A DNA stretch of 16,223 nucleotides from Ginkgo biloba (Eukaryota > Plantae > Ginkgophyta). The notes beneath the pieces were generated by a model, which saw nothing but the letters and a program-made list of their open reading frames with translations, did no database searches and was not told the origin of the DNA. Of the stretch, positions 1-9,294 are shown in pieces. Within the stretch, counting starts at the first letter, position 1; every line of letters begins with the position of its first letter. Both the position numbers and the translations under genes were made by a program. The stretch lies in assembly GCA_024626585.2 (NCBI GenBank), contig JANKJI020000002.1, positions 123,000,230 through 123,016,452 on the forward strand, read 5' to 3'.

Positions 1-540
1 TGGTGCCATTGATGAGGTTTTCCAAATAAAAAACATGTCCCTTTTGAGTGATCTAATGAATAAGGAATACCATGCAATGATACATCTTTGAAGTATCCTT
101 TTCATCAAATACTTTACTCACTAATGAAACTACATATTTATATTCTTTTTCCAACTTACCCATATCATAATAGGGTTTCTTTATAGGATTCACAATTGGC
201 TCATTTATTAAATAAAAAATCAATTCTAGGAGTTAACATGATTATGATAAAATCCCTCTTCTTTCTCAAAAGATAAAGATTCTTTAGGGATAGGCATCTC
301 TATCATTTTGTTAAACAATTCATGGGTAAAAGGACACAATACCTATCCACTAGTAGTGATTACCACTCTTTTTATCAGGTCAAATATTTTCTCCATCCAT
401 TCTATTAACTATCAGGATGTAATTACATTTGGGAGGGATGTTTCTTACACCAGACCATATCCCCATAAAATATCTTTGTCTCTTCTTTATTTATCCATAT
501 TAATTCAAACTTCGTACATTATCTTGAATTCATCTTAGCA
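1..540 (-). pseudogene. Decayed retroelement accessory ORF (plant transposon-associated / PMD-like), fragmentary
   Basis: Manual minus-strand translation gives stop- and frameshift-broken segments such as IEWMEKIFDLIKRVVITTSG*VLCPFTHELFNKM and EKEYKYVVSLVSKVFDEKDTSKMYHCMVFLIH*ITQKGHVF. These resemble, from memory, extra ORFs of gymnosperm LTR elements. No search was run. Confidence 0.4.
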
Positions 541-862
541 CATATTTAGGGTATATCAAAATTTTGACTATTGTAGCAACTTTAGATACCTAAACGTTTG
601 ATCCTTATGCACTTCTCCTAGCCATGATTAGTAGACTAAGATGAACTTTTAGTGATTAAGTAATACTTAATATACAAAGAATTTGAACTCTATCTTCATC
701 TCTTTTGTTCACCTTCAACATATGAATAATATCACAAGAAATGATTAGTTTTACAAAATAAAAGGATTTTAATTCCATCTAATAAATAGGCCATTTCCAT
801 TTAATTCGAAGGACATCAGTTTGCCACCTTGGACATGAACCCCTCGTGCTAATAACTCCACT

Positions 863-2417
863 TGATGTATGGGATGAATCTCCCATATGACATATCAAAA
901 TTTGTACTAATTCATTATCCTGATGTAAATTGGAAGAAGGATAGGGCAATAATCCCTCAAGTCTTTCCATGTACTTCTAGAATGAGTTGCATTAGCCTCC
1001 GTTGCACCTTTCTAGTGATAATTGATTCAGCTTTTATTACAGATTTCTAGAATAAATAACATTACAATCTCTTGAAAGCTAGAAATTTTCCTCTTGTAGT
1101 GAAGAACTCACATATCATGAGTTTGATTAATTTCTGCTATTTGAGCAAAGATTTGACATGTAATTTTCAGCATATTGGAAATTGGGTAGTGATACTCAGA
1201 ATTCAGAGTCATTTGTATTTTGAATTCATCTTGTTTGATTGAGGAACTGAATTTGGGACTTGTTATCTCAATTGTATTTGCCAACTGTGAGAAAATTTCC
1301 TTCCATAACTTAATCCCATTACATGCTTGTGGTGAAAGTTCACGCGGTCAGGATTGAAGGGCTAGCTGAAGCAAATGGTTAAAAGAATTCACATTTGGTA
1401 AATTTATTCTTTCATTTTTTCATTATCCAATTTCCCAGTCAAGAGGGTTCTTGGGCAAAGAGTTATAGAGTTCTCCTTTCATATTCTTCAAACCTAGTAA
1501 TAAGTCATTGCTTCTGGAAAGGTCTTTCGAGAAGATTCCAAAAATACAAAAACTTTGCTATCACCCTGCATTAATTGCAGAAAATTGGATGCTGCAGGTT
1601 TTTGGTAATTTTTGTGATTCCTAATGGAATGGTGTAACTCAACAGGTCCCCCCTGCAATGGCGTAAACTCCTAGAGTGAAAATTCTTGTTCAGTTGGACA
1701 TTTTTTCATTTTAGGCACTCTCAGGGTGTTTATGGTTATCTTATGTATGTATGTGTAAAGTAGTTCTTGAGGACTTCAAGTTGTCGCTTTCAACAATTTT
1801 AGTAAATTCTTACTAATATGATAAAGCATTATTCGGTCCTGATGATCTTTTTTTAAATATTTACTTGAACTTATGATTTTCTAGTAAATTTTGTTCAATC
1901 ATTGTATCCTGAAAAGTACTTTAGTTTTCTTTTCTCACTATTGATCTTTTCAAGTTTTCTTTTAATCAAGGTTTTTTATTATAAATATTTTATCAATCTT
2001 TACTTAGGTTTTATAATAGCTTTAGATATATCAAATGAAGATTTAATTTGCATGTATTAATGTTGATTTATGTTGTCCCCCCAACTTAGTATAATTGGTT
2101 ATGTTTAGATTAGTTAAATTATATTGTAATTATGATTAATTATCTTTCTTATGCAAAGACTTGTAGTNNNNNNNNNNNNNNNNNNNNNNNNNNNNNNNNN
2201 NNNNNNNNNNNNNNNNNNNNNNNNNNNNNNNNNNNNNNNNNNNNNNNNNNNNNNNNNNNNNNNNNNNTATATTAATAGGTGATAGCAGAACAAGTATAGT
2301 AAGTGTTTCATTTGATAGTTAGCAAAATTTTTCTTCTATTTTGCTTTAATTTAAGTGAAATTCGAACTTAAGTCCAAAGGAAGATTCTACTCCTGCTTTT
2401 GAGTTTGGTCCTCTTCA
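863..2417 (+). repeat. 5' LTR of the outer gypsy element (~1.55 kb, contains a 100-N gap)
   Basis: Starts TGATGT (the 3' copy starts TGATAT) and ends ...CTCTTCA before a PBS-like motif. The first ~740 bp align with 9295-10059; the best block, 1211-1264 vs 9654-9707, is 49/54 identical. Boundaries are approximate. Confidence 0.6.
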
Positions 2418-2429
2418 TGTAACAGTGCC
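2418..2429 (+). other. Degenerate primer-binding site (tRNA-iMet type)
   Basis: TGTAACAGTGCC immediately after CA, compared with canonical TGGTATCAGAGCC (one deletion, two substitutions), just upstream of gag. Confidence 0.4.
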
Positions 2430-2490
2430 AAACTGTTAATCCAATAACACCAACAAAAGCTTCAACAACAACAATTAGCATCTGAAGCAG

Positions 2491-3312
2491 ATGACAGAAA
2501 GCCTAGGTAGACANNNNNNNNNNNNNNNNNNNNNNNNNNNNNNNNNNNNNNNNNNNNNNNNNCAACTGCTGCAATATTTGGAAGCTCCTTCTTCTCCTCC
2601 TGCATTTGTCTACGCAATCAAAGTAGGTACAAAAATGGCAGCTAAACCGTACAATGGTACATTGGATGCTCAATTATTAGATCGTTGGATAAGGAATTCG
2701 GACTCTTGGAGTATATTATGAAGTAGTTGAAGATGACTGGAGATGCATTGCTATGGTGAGATGCCCACTTTGCTGCTCACATTGTTGCTGGCAAGCCACC
2801 TATCATGAATTGAGATTAGCTCAAAACAAGAATTTGAGACAATTTTTTTTCCACCCAATTGTGTCGATAACATAAGGGCAAAGCGGCCTCATCTTATACA
2901 ATTTAAGGGTCAAAGTGTACAGCGATATTGGGCACATTTCTTTGGTTATCTATTCGGTTTGGCACACAGGATCTTGAACAGGAAAGGATCCTCAAGTTTC
3001 TAGGGGGATTGCATTCCTCTACACAGTGGAAGTTGAATTTGTGGAAATTCTAACCCTAGACAAAGCTTTTACCTTGGCATTGAAGGATGAACAAGATTGC
3101 AAAAGTGGACATTCAATAAGCAATCTAACTCTTAATTTACTTTAGACATATTGCAGAAGAAGAAAGAAATGCAGCACAACACCTCATCTTCTGGCAAGTC
3201 TTCACCAAAGGGTAGTTTTAAAAGATGCAAAGGCTTTTCTTCCACTTCCAAACATGAAAGATATTGAAACTTCCGTAAATCTTTTGGGCACATAAAAAGG
3301 AAATGTTGGACA
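2491..3312 (+). pseudogene. Decayed gag of the outer gypsy element
   Basis: Segments KPYNGTLDAQLLDRWI, FKGQSVQRY, EQERILKFLGGLHS and TLDKAFTLALKDE across frameshifts. A degenerate CX2CX4HX4C knuckle (*NFRKSFGHIKRKCW) lies at 3265-3309. Confidence 0.75.
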
Positions 3313-3439
3313 TAGAAGTGTCAACAGCACTTGGCAACAAATGCCTTATTGGCTATGTAGGAAGAAGGGTATGCCCGATTACATGGACAAAGATGGGTGG
3401 ATGACAAATTGGCATTAAGACCTATTCAATCATACTAGG

Positions 3440-3860
3440 GAATAGAGAGAGCACATTTATGCAAACAACATATAGGTGAAAAAATGGCTAGNNNNNNNNN
3501 NNNATTTGTTGGGTGCCTTAACTTGGACTTCCTAAAGGATGCCACAAAAGCTCAAATGGCCCATCTTCAATTGTGGACAAGATTTGTAATGTCATTTCAG
3601 CTATTGAATTTTTCATTAGTACAGTTGATTTTGACATTGTCTTTGTGATTGTTTACTTGAGGCGCTTTATCAATTTGATAGGTATTCTTTCTATGAATGT
3701 TTGGGGAAGATATACAGGTTAAAGAAGGATGGTAAGACATATGTACTTCCAAGCTTATTTGCTTAAAAATTACTTAATAATTTCATAGGTTCACAGACTT
3801 AGAAGATGGCCAACTCCTGTAAACAAGTTACACTATTTATAGTTTGATTAAAACCAGTGG
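3440..3860 (+). pseudogene. Decayed aspartic-protease region and linker of pol
   Basis: Lies between gag and RT; remnants such as STVDFDIV and GKIYRLKKDGKTYVL. The catalytic DxG motif is not visible and may fall at the 12-N gap (3492-3503). Confidence 0.45.
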
Positions 3861-3880
3861 AAGATCCTTTGTTTTTTTTG

Positions 3881-4730
3881 GATCCTACACAACTACAAGT
3901 TGTTAGAGGCCTGCAACATGCGACTTGATTGAGTTGTGATCGCTTTCAAGGCTTGCAATTTCTGATACGAAATTCATTTTTGGTTGCCTACACATTACTA
4001 CATATTGCATATGCTAATGAGAAGCCTGCACCTTTCATATGTAACAAGAGCCATCAAGAGGGTTATACACACCTAAAGGAGGCAGTTTGTACATCTCCTG
4101 TTCTTGTCCTACTTGAGTTGAACAAAGCCTTTGAGTTGGAGAGACATGCTTCAATACATGCCATGGGTGTTGTACTTAACCAAGGAGGATGCACAATTGC
4201 CTTTCACATTGAGACCTCTTCAATAGCAAAACATGATATAACACATCTGATTGCAAGCTATATGCTTTAGTGCAAGCACTAAAGTCTTGGAGGCACTACC
4301 TCTTGGGCAAAGAGTCATTGGTGTATATTCATCACCAACCGCTCCATTTTTTTGCATTTTCAATTGAAGATTCAAGACAATTAGACACATCAAATGTGCA
4401 TCATACTTGTAGTAATTTCACATTGTGAGAAGTTATAGCAAAGGAACAACCGACCCCATTGTCTTTTTTTTCCCCTTTTTTTAACCTCCTACCATTTCAC
4501 TAATTTAAGTCTTGGATATTAAATTTGTGGCCTATGTTCATTGGAAGGATACATATGAGCATGGCTCAAATTTTGTAGTTGCTTGTTGAGTTATTTAGCA
4601 TAGGTCCATGGTCAAGTGAAAACCATTCCTTGGATTTCATATCAAGGATGGCCTTCTCTACAAGTTGAACAAGTTACGCATCCCACCAGTTAGTGGACAC
4701 GATTGATTTTTGGGGAAAAAAACATACTCC
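3881..4730 (+). pseudogene. Decayed pol: RT thumb/connection, RNase H and start of integrase
   Basis: DPTQLQVVR (cf. DPxKIxAIxxWP); HLKEAVCTSPVLVLLELNKAFELERHASIHAMGVVLNQGGCTIAFH (cf. LKxxLxxAPVL..F.xxDAS..GAVLxQ); YALVQALKSWRHYLLGKE; DFHIKDGLLYKLNKLRIP. Confidence 0.85.
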
Positions 4731-5399
4731 AATTTATCTTATTTGTAAGGTTAACCTAGATGGTTGAAATGAATAGGATAAAATGTAATTACATATCCAA
4801 CTAATGGGTTATATGGATGTTATGGTGGTTTACCTAGATTATAATTGATATATTTAATGGAATTGATATAACTATATTGTTGGAGAAAAGTATCAAGAAG
4901 AAAATATTCTTAAATGGCATGTTTTTAAAATATAGGTCTTTTAGTCATAACATGAAATTCATGAATGATGATTTCCATAAGACATGGAACATCCTATTTA
5001 AAATATAAATGGATATAATCATCTCTATCCACCCTCCATTATTTAATGTGTTGAGTAATTCAGGAGGGAGGAATAGAATTGATTGTGGTTAGAATATTTA
5101 TAGAGTCTAAATAATGCATGTAAGACTTAAATATTTTAAGAAAATTATCTCTCAATTAGTCTAAGGAAAAAATGGAATGATAGTATAACTAGGTAAACCA
5201 AATATATACTTAATTAGTGATGAATAATTAGAATAACATTAATATAATGGATTCAAGAGATGCAAGGGAACTAAACCACATCATAAAAATAATTAGATGA
5301 TGATGGGGATTCTCATCATCACTTCATGAACATTTAATCATGGAGGAGGGGTGTCAGGCTGTAATGAATTGAATTGCAGAAAACCCAAGGCTAGGAGAC

Positions 5400-5408
5400 A
5401 TGTACCTT
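5400..5408 (-). other. 5' splice donor of ALB3 intron 1 (AAG|GTACAT; intron begins at 5405)
   Basis: Similarity to ALB3 stops exactly here, and read-through reaches a stop after 4 codons. Confidence 0.8.
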
Positions 5409-5798
5409 TAAGAAAGCTTCTAATGGCTCGGCAAGAAACCCAAACCACCCTCCGTTTGTTTTCTGAGAAGTTTCGGCAGCAGCACTATCTGTAGCCACAG
5501 CTGCGTCGGCCAGGGTATAGAGCAGCCCCTCTACCCGGCTCACAAGGCTCTGAATGTCCACGTAAGCATCCAGCTGCTGGGGATCTGGCAGCTGCTGCAA
5601 GCTAAATCTCACCTCGACCTTTACCTTGCGAGGCTTTAACAGCGGATTACTGTTCCTTTTATTATTGTGAGGATACCTTGTTAGAAAGGAGTTACCCAAA
5701 TGCCAGGATGAATGAGAAGCCAAGGAAAGAAGAAGGCATGGTCTGCATATGGAAGGTCTTTGGGGTAAAAGAGGCAAACAAGGCGAAATAGCCGTCAT
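5406..5798 (-). CDS. ALB3: First coding exon (131 codons) of chloroplast thylakoid membrane insertase ALBINO3 / PPF-1 (YidC/Oxa1/Alb3 family); remaining exons not in window
   Basis: ATG at 5798 in context ACAATGA. The first ~60 aa are rich in S/P/L/R with no acidic residues (transit peptide). Then VRFSL...RVEGLLYTLADAAV...QKTNGGWFGFLAEPLEAFLK, matching the ALB3 N-terminal signature I recall (GGWFGF is ALB3-type rather than ALB4). Ends at a phase-0 AAG|GTACAT donor. Functional status is unknown. Confidence 0.9.
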
Positions 5799-5876
5799 TG
5801 TTATTGGATTGCGGTGTATGTCCCTCTTCCCCAACTTCAAACAAGAGTTTCAGGAGAAGAGTAGCAGAAGCACAAG

Positions 5877-5886
5877 AACCAATCAA
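5877..5886 (+). promoter_or_regulatory. Possible CCAAT box (AACCAATCAA) ~80 bp upstream of the ALB3 ATG
   Basis: Matches the RRCCAATCA NF-Y-type consensus, in reverse orientation relative to the gene. Short motif that may be chance or 5' UTR. Confidence 0.2.
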
Positions 5887-5888
5887 GT

Positions 5889-6410
5889 NNNNNNNNNNNN
5901 NNNNNNNNNNNNNNNNNNNNNNNNNNNNNNNNNNNNNNNNNNNNNNNNNNNNNNNNNNNNNNNNNNNNNNNNNNNNNNNNNNNNNNNNNNNNNNNNNNNN
6001 NNNNNNNNNNNNNNNNNNNNNNNNNNNNNNNNNNNNNNNNNNNNNNNNNNNNNNNNNNNNNNNNNNNNNNNNNNNNNNNNNNNNNNNNNNNNNNNNNNNN
6101 NNNNNNNNNNNNNNNNNNNNNNNNNNNNNNNNNNNNNNNNNNNNNNNNNNNNNNNNNNNNNNNNNNNNNNNNNNNNNNNNNNNNNNNNNNNNNNNNNNNN
6201 NNNNNNNNNNNNNNNNNNNNNNNNNNNNNNNNNNNNNNNNNNNNNNNNNNNNNNNNNNNNNNNNNNNNNNNNNNNNNNNNNNNNNNNNNNNNNNNNNNNN
6301 NNNNNNNNNNNNNNNNNNNNNNNNNNNNNNNNNNNNNNNNNNNNNNNNNNNNNNNNNNNNNNNNNNNNNNNNNNNNNNNNNNNNNNNNNNNNNNNNNNNN
6401 NNNNNNNNNN
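5889..6410. other. 522-N assembly gap (other gaps: 2168-2267, 2514-2562, 3492-3503, 7484-7498, 8356-8455, 12153-12178, 12483-12582, 13083-13192, 13436-13445, 14197-14339)
   Basis: Runs of N seen directly; the exactly 100-N runs probably mark gaps of unknown size. Confidence 0.95.
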
Positions 6411-6533
6411 ATTTCTCAAGTTCTGTACATCTTTTCATTCATAAAGAGGTGACCAAATTGAAGCGGTGAACACATTTCTCAAATTCTCTAAAACTTTTCA
6501 TTCATAAGCAAGTGACCAAATTGAAGTAGTGAA
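6411..6533 (+). repeat. 63-bp-period tandem duplication within integrase
   Basis: 6411-6470 vs 6474-6533, 51/60 identical by hand count. Confidence 0.9.
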
Positions 6534-6895
6534 GTAGACATTGGTGTTAGCATTGTGGGTATCTAATAGAACAAATCCAAAGACATGGGATATTTCTCTA
6601 TTGCATATATAACATGGGTACAATTGAGTGGTAAACTCCTCTAATTATTTCTTCTTTTGAGGTTTGCCATGGGTTTCAACAATGGCATCATATGAGCTAC
6701 TAATTGCACCACCTTATGCCTCTTCCAAGCATGAGATGTTGGAACAAAAGAACGTTTCTTCTTTTTTGGAGCATTTGAAGAAAGTGCATGATAAAGCATA
6801 AGAATTATTGAGGAAGACTCGAGTCAAATAGGAGGAGATTCATGATAGGTATCGCATTGCCCATTCATTTAATGTTAGTAATAAAGTTTGTATGT
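6411..6895 (+). pseudogene. Decayed integrase core (3' part) of the outer gypsy element
   Basis: SKTFHS*ASDQIEVVK*TLVLALWVSNRTNPKTWDISLLHI*HGYN (cf. STAFHPQTDGQTEVVNRTL...PKxWDxxLxxxxxxYN), then FLEHLKKVHDKA*ELLRKTRVK*EEIHDRYRIAHSFNVSNKV. Confidence 0.85.
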
Positions 6896-7483
6896 TGTTG
6901 ATAGTAGAAAGTGAACCGTTCGCTTCTCACTGTAGAAGTTCACTGCTCTTGAATAAAACTCTGTTTTTCTAGACAATCGTTCACCGACCCTGAGTGAGTT
7001 GTTCGCCGACCTTCAGTTCGTCGACATAGATAGCCATTCGCCCAAGCACAATCAACCGTTATGTTAAGTTAACAAGCAGTGTAATTATTAGGCACACCCC
7101 TTCGTTGTAATAATACATCTTTTGGGCATAAATACCTCTTGAACTCTTATATATTGTAAACAACCAATAGTGTCAGATCATCCATCCATCAATCAAGCAA
7201 GCAGTTAATGATCTATCTCATGTATTCTGTAGTCTCATATTAATAAATCAATCTTTATTCTCAAATCTGTGAGTCTTTTAGTTAAGACAACAAGTTTCAA
7301 TTTGTGAATTTCTGCAATTAGCTCTGTTTTTCTGACATTATACATGACAACACAACATAAGACGATGTAACGCAGTCAATGGTTGTATCCACTCCAACAC
7401 AACGTTGTTGGTGAAAGCAACAACCTGTTGTTGGGTCACAGTGGCGATCCATTGTCCTCTATGATTCAAAATTCCCAGTTGCT
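6896..7483 (+). repeat. 5' LTR of the nested element (3' end lost in the 15-N gap)
   Basis: 7042-7483 aligns with 8456-8895, roughly 85-90% by eye plus two ~20-bp indels. Confidence 0.9.
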
Positions 7484-7946
7484 NNNNNNNNNNNNNNNGT
7501 TGCCTTCGCAAAACTTGTAAGCTCTCTCGGGTGATTCCAAGTTAATGACCAAAAGTGCAACAGCCCTGGCTACCTCGAGAAATGCTTAAATCATACTAGT
7601 TAGCATTTAAAGGGTGGCTAGGGGTCTTCGCCATGCCTCCTAAGGAGCAACCCGTGGAGGACGGTAGGACGGCATGAAGGGAAAGAAGGGATCAAGTAAA
7701 GGAGTAGGAAGCAAAGGTTGCGCAGAAGACAAGACATAGGAACGCATCAAAAAGGGGTGAAAGCCTGATCCAATCAAGACCAGGCAGTAGCATGGCACAA
7801 GGTCCAACAACAGAGGAAATAGAGTGAATCCCTTCCAACCTCATTTCGACCCCGGACTGTAATGAAAATGATAACAGAGTTGAATCCATACGAGGATGTA
7901 GTAACAAACTCTCCAATGACTCTTACACCACGGGGGAAAAAATTGC

Positions 7947-8355
7947 TTGGTGCTTAACGATGAGGATGGCAGAGACGCCTTGGATAGATACAACCGATTA
8001 AGTGACACTTCGCAATCCTGCAACGAATCTCTCTTACACAAACAACTCGTTTATAGTGAAGAAAATGACGTCCAGTATTCAGTTTACAAAAACAAGTTAT
8101 TTTCAAAGAAAATGGATCTACAAAACGAAACACATCACTGTGGAGGAAATATGGATTCAATTTTCCAAGGGCTTTGTTATGACGGTACAACTGAGCCTAC
8201 GGATCACTTGGTGCTTTTCAAAAACATATTGAGACTAAAACACATTACAGACGAGGATCGGATCACAACCAGATTCTTTAATACGTTATGGGGACCAACG
8301 ATTGCATGGTACCAATGTGCGACATTAGACAATCCAATATGGGAGGAATTACATA
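7947..8355 (+). pseudogene. gag fragment of the nested element, running into a gap
   Basis: YDGTTEPTDHLVLFKNIL...FFNTLWGPTIAWY...IWEELH fits the retrotransposon gag pattern YDGxxDPxxHL...FxxTLxGxAxxWY...WxEL. Confidence 0.8.
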
Positions 8356-8455
8356 NNNNNNNNNNNNNNNNNNNNNNNNNNNNNNNNNNNNNNNNNNNNN
8401 NNNNNNNNNNNNNNNNNNNNNNNNNNNNNNNNNNNNNNNNNNNNNNNNNNNNNNN

Positions 8456-8919
8456 CCAAGCACAATCAGTCGTTTGCTAACTGTAACAACCGTTTTGTTA
8501 AGTTAACACATAGTGTAATTATTGGGCACATGCCTTCGTTGTAATAATACATCTTTTGGGCATAAATACCTCTTGAACTCATATATATTGTAAACAACCA
8601 ATAGTGGTAGATCATCCATCAATCAATCAAGCAAGCAGTTAGCAATATATCTCATGTATTCTGCAGTCTCATATTAATAAAACAATCTTTATTCTCAAAT
8701 CTGTGTGTTCAATGTGTGAATTTCTGCAATAAGCCCTGTTTTTTTGACTTTATACATGATAGAATAACATAAGACAGCGTTACGCAGTCAATGGTTCCAT
8801 CCACTTCAATGCAGCCCTGTTGGTGAGAGCAGTAGCCTATTGTTGGGTCACAGTGGCGATCCATTGACCTTGATGATTCAAAATTCCCAGTTGTTGTAAA
8901 GACCATTGTGGCAGCAACA
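8456..8919 (+). repeat. 3' LTR of the nested element (5' ~150 bp in the gap)
   Basis: Direct repeat of 7042-7483; ends in CAACA followed by the TSD. Confidence 0.9.
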
Positions 8920-8924
8920 TATGT

Positions 8925-9270
8925 ACTCGGATAAAAGGAGTTTCTAATCTCAATCGCACATAAAATCCAACCTGCTTGGTATGGGCCTTACTCAATTGAG
9001 GAGCAATTGGCCTAAATGCACTCAGGCTTAATTCATGGATATAGTTGGGAATCCAGCCAAGACAACCTTATGAACTTCCAAAGTTGGACACTATGTGATT
9101 TAATCCTATAGCATATAGGAATTTTGACATTCTACTTCACACCAAGCTTTGCAAGAAAAGGATTAGCTCTACCTACTCATACTTGATAGTGAAGAAAGGC
9201 CAACTTCCTTCCCCAAGCTAAATGGATTTTACAATCTAAATTTTTCTCTCAATTTTCTCATTTGAAGTTA
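8925..9270 (+). pseudogene. Decayed integrase C-terminal region (GPY/F motif) of the outer element
   Basis: KIQPAWYGPYSIEEQL (cf. KLxPxxxGPY/F), later LIVKKGQLPSP; directly precedes the PPT and LTR. Confidence 0.7.
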
Positions 9271-9280
9271 ATTGCAAAAC

Positions 9281-9293
9281 AAGTAGGGAGGAA
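9281..9293 (+). other. Polypurine tract of the outer element
   Basis: AAGTAGGGAGGAA immediately before TG at 9295, where LTR similarity begins. Confidence 0.6.
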
Positions 9294-9294
9294 T

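Larger units (their letters stand above)
6896..8919 (+). mobile_element. Nested LTR retrotransposon (gypsy, Tat/Athila-like gag) with 5-bp target-site duplication
   Basis: Termini TGTTG (6896) and CAACA (8919); identical flanking TATGT at 6891-6895 and 8920-8924; paired LTRs. Removing it rejoins the host integrase sequence. Confidence 0.92.

Noticed and set aside
5295-5394. Helitron 3' end (hairpin plus CTAG) as the carrier of the ALB3 fragment
   Set aside because: The nearest CTAG is ~70 bp from the hairpin rather than ~10-15 bp, and no matching 5' TC end was identified.
5799-5840. ORF-track N-terminal extension of ALB3 (MKLGKRD...) and C-terminal VHVS*
   Set aside because: The extension starts at TTG; the first ATG is at 5798 in good context. 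VHVS* is read-through into the intron.
5692-6469. Long ORFs of 178-248 aa in the ORF track
   Set aside because: They are open only because they cross the 522-N gap; the same applies to the other X-rich ORFs.
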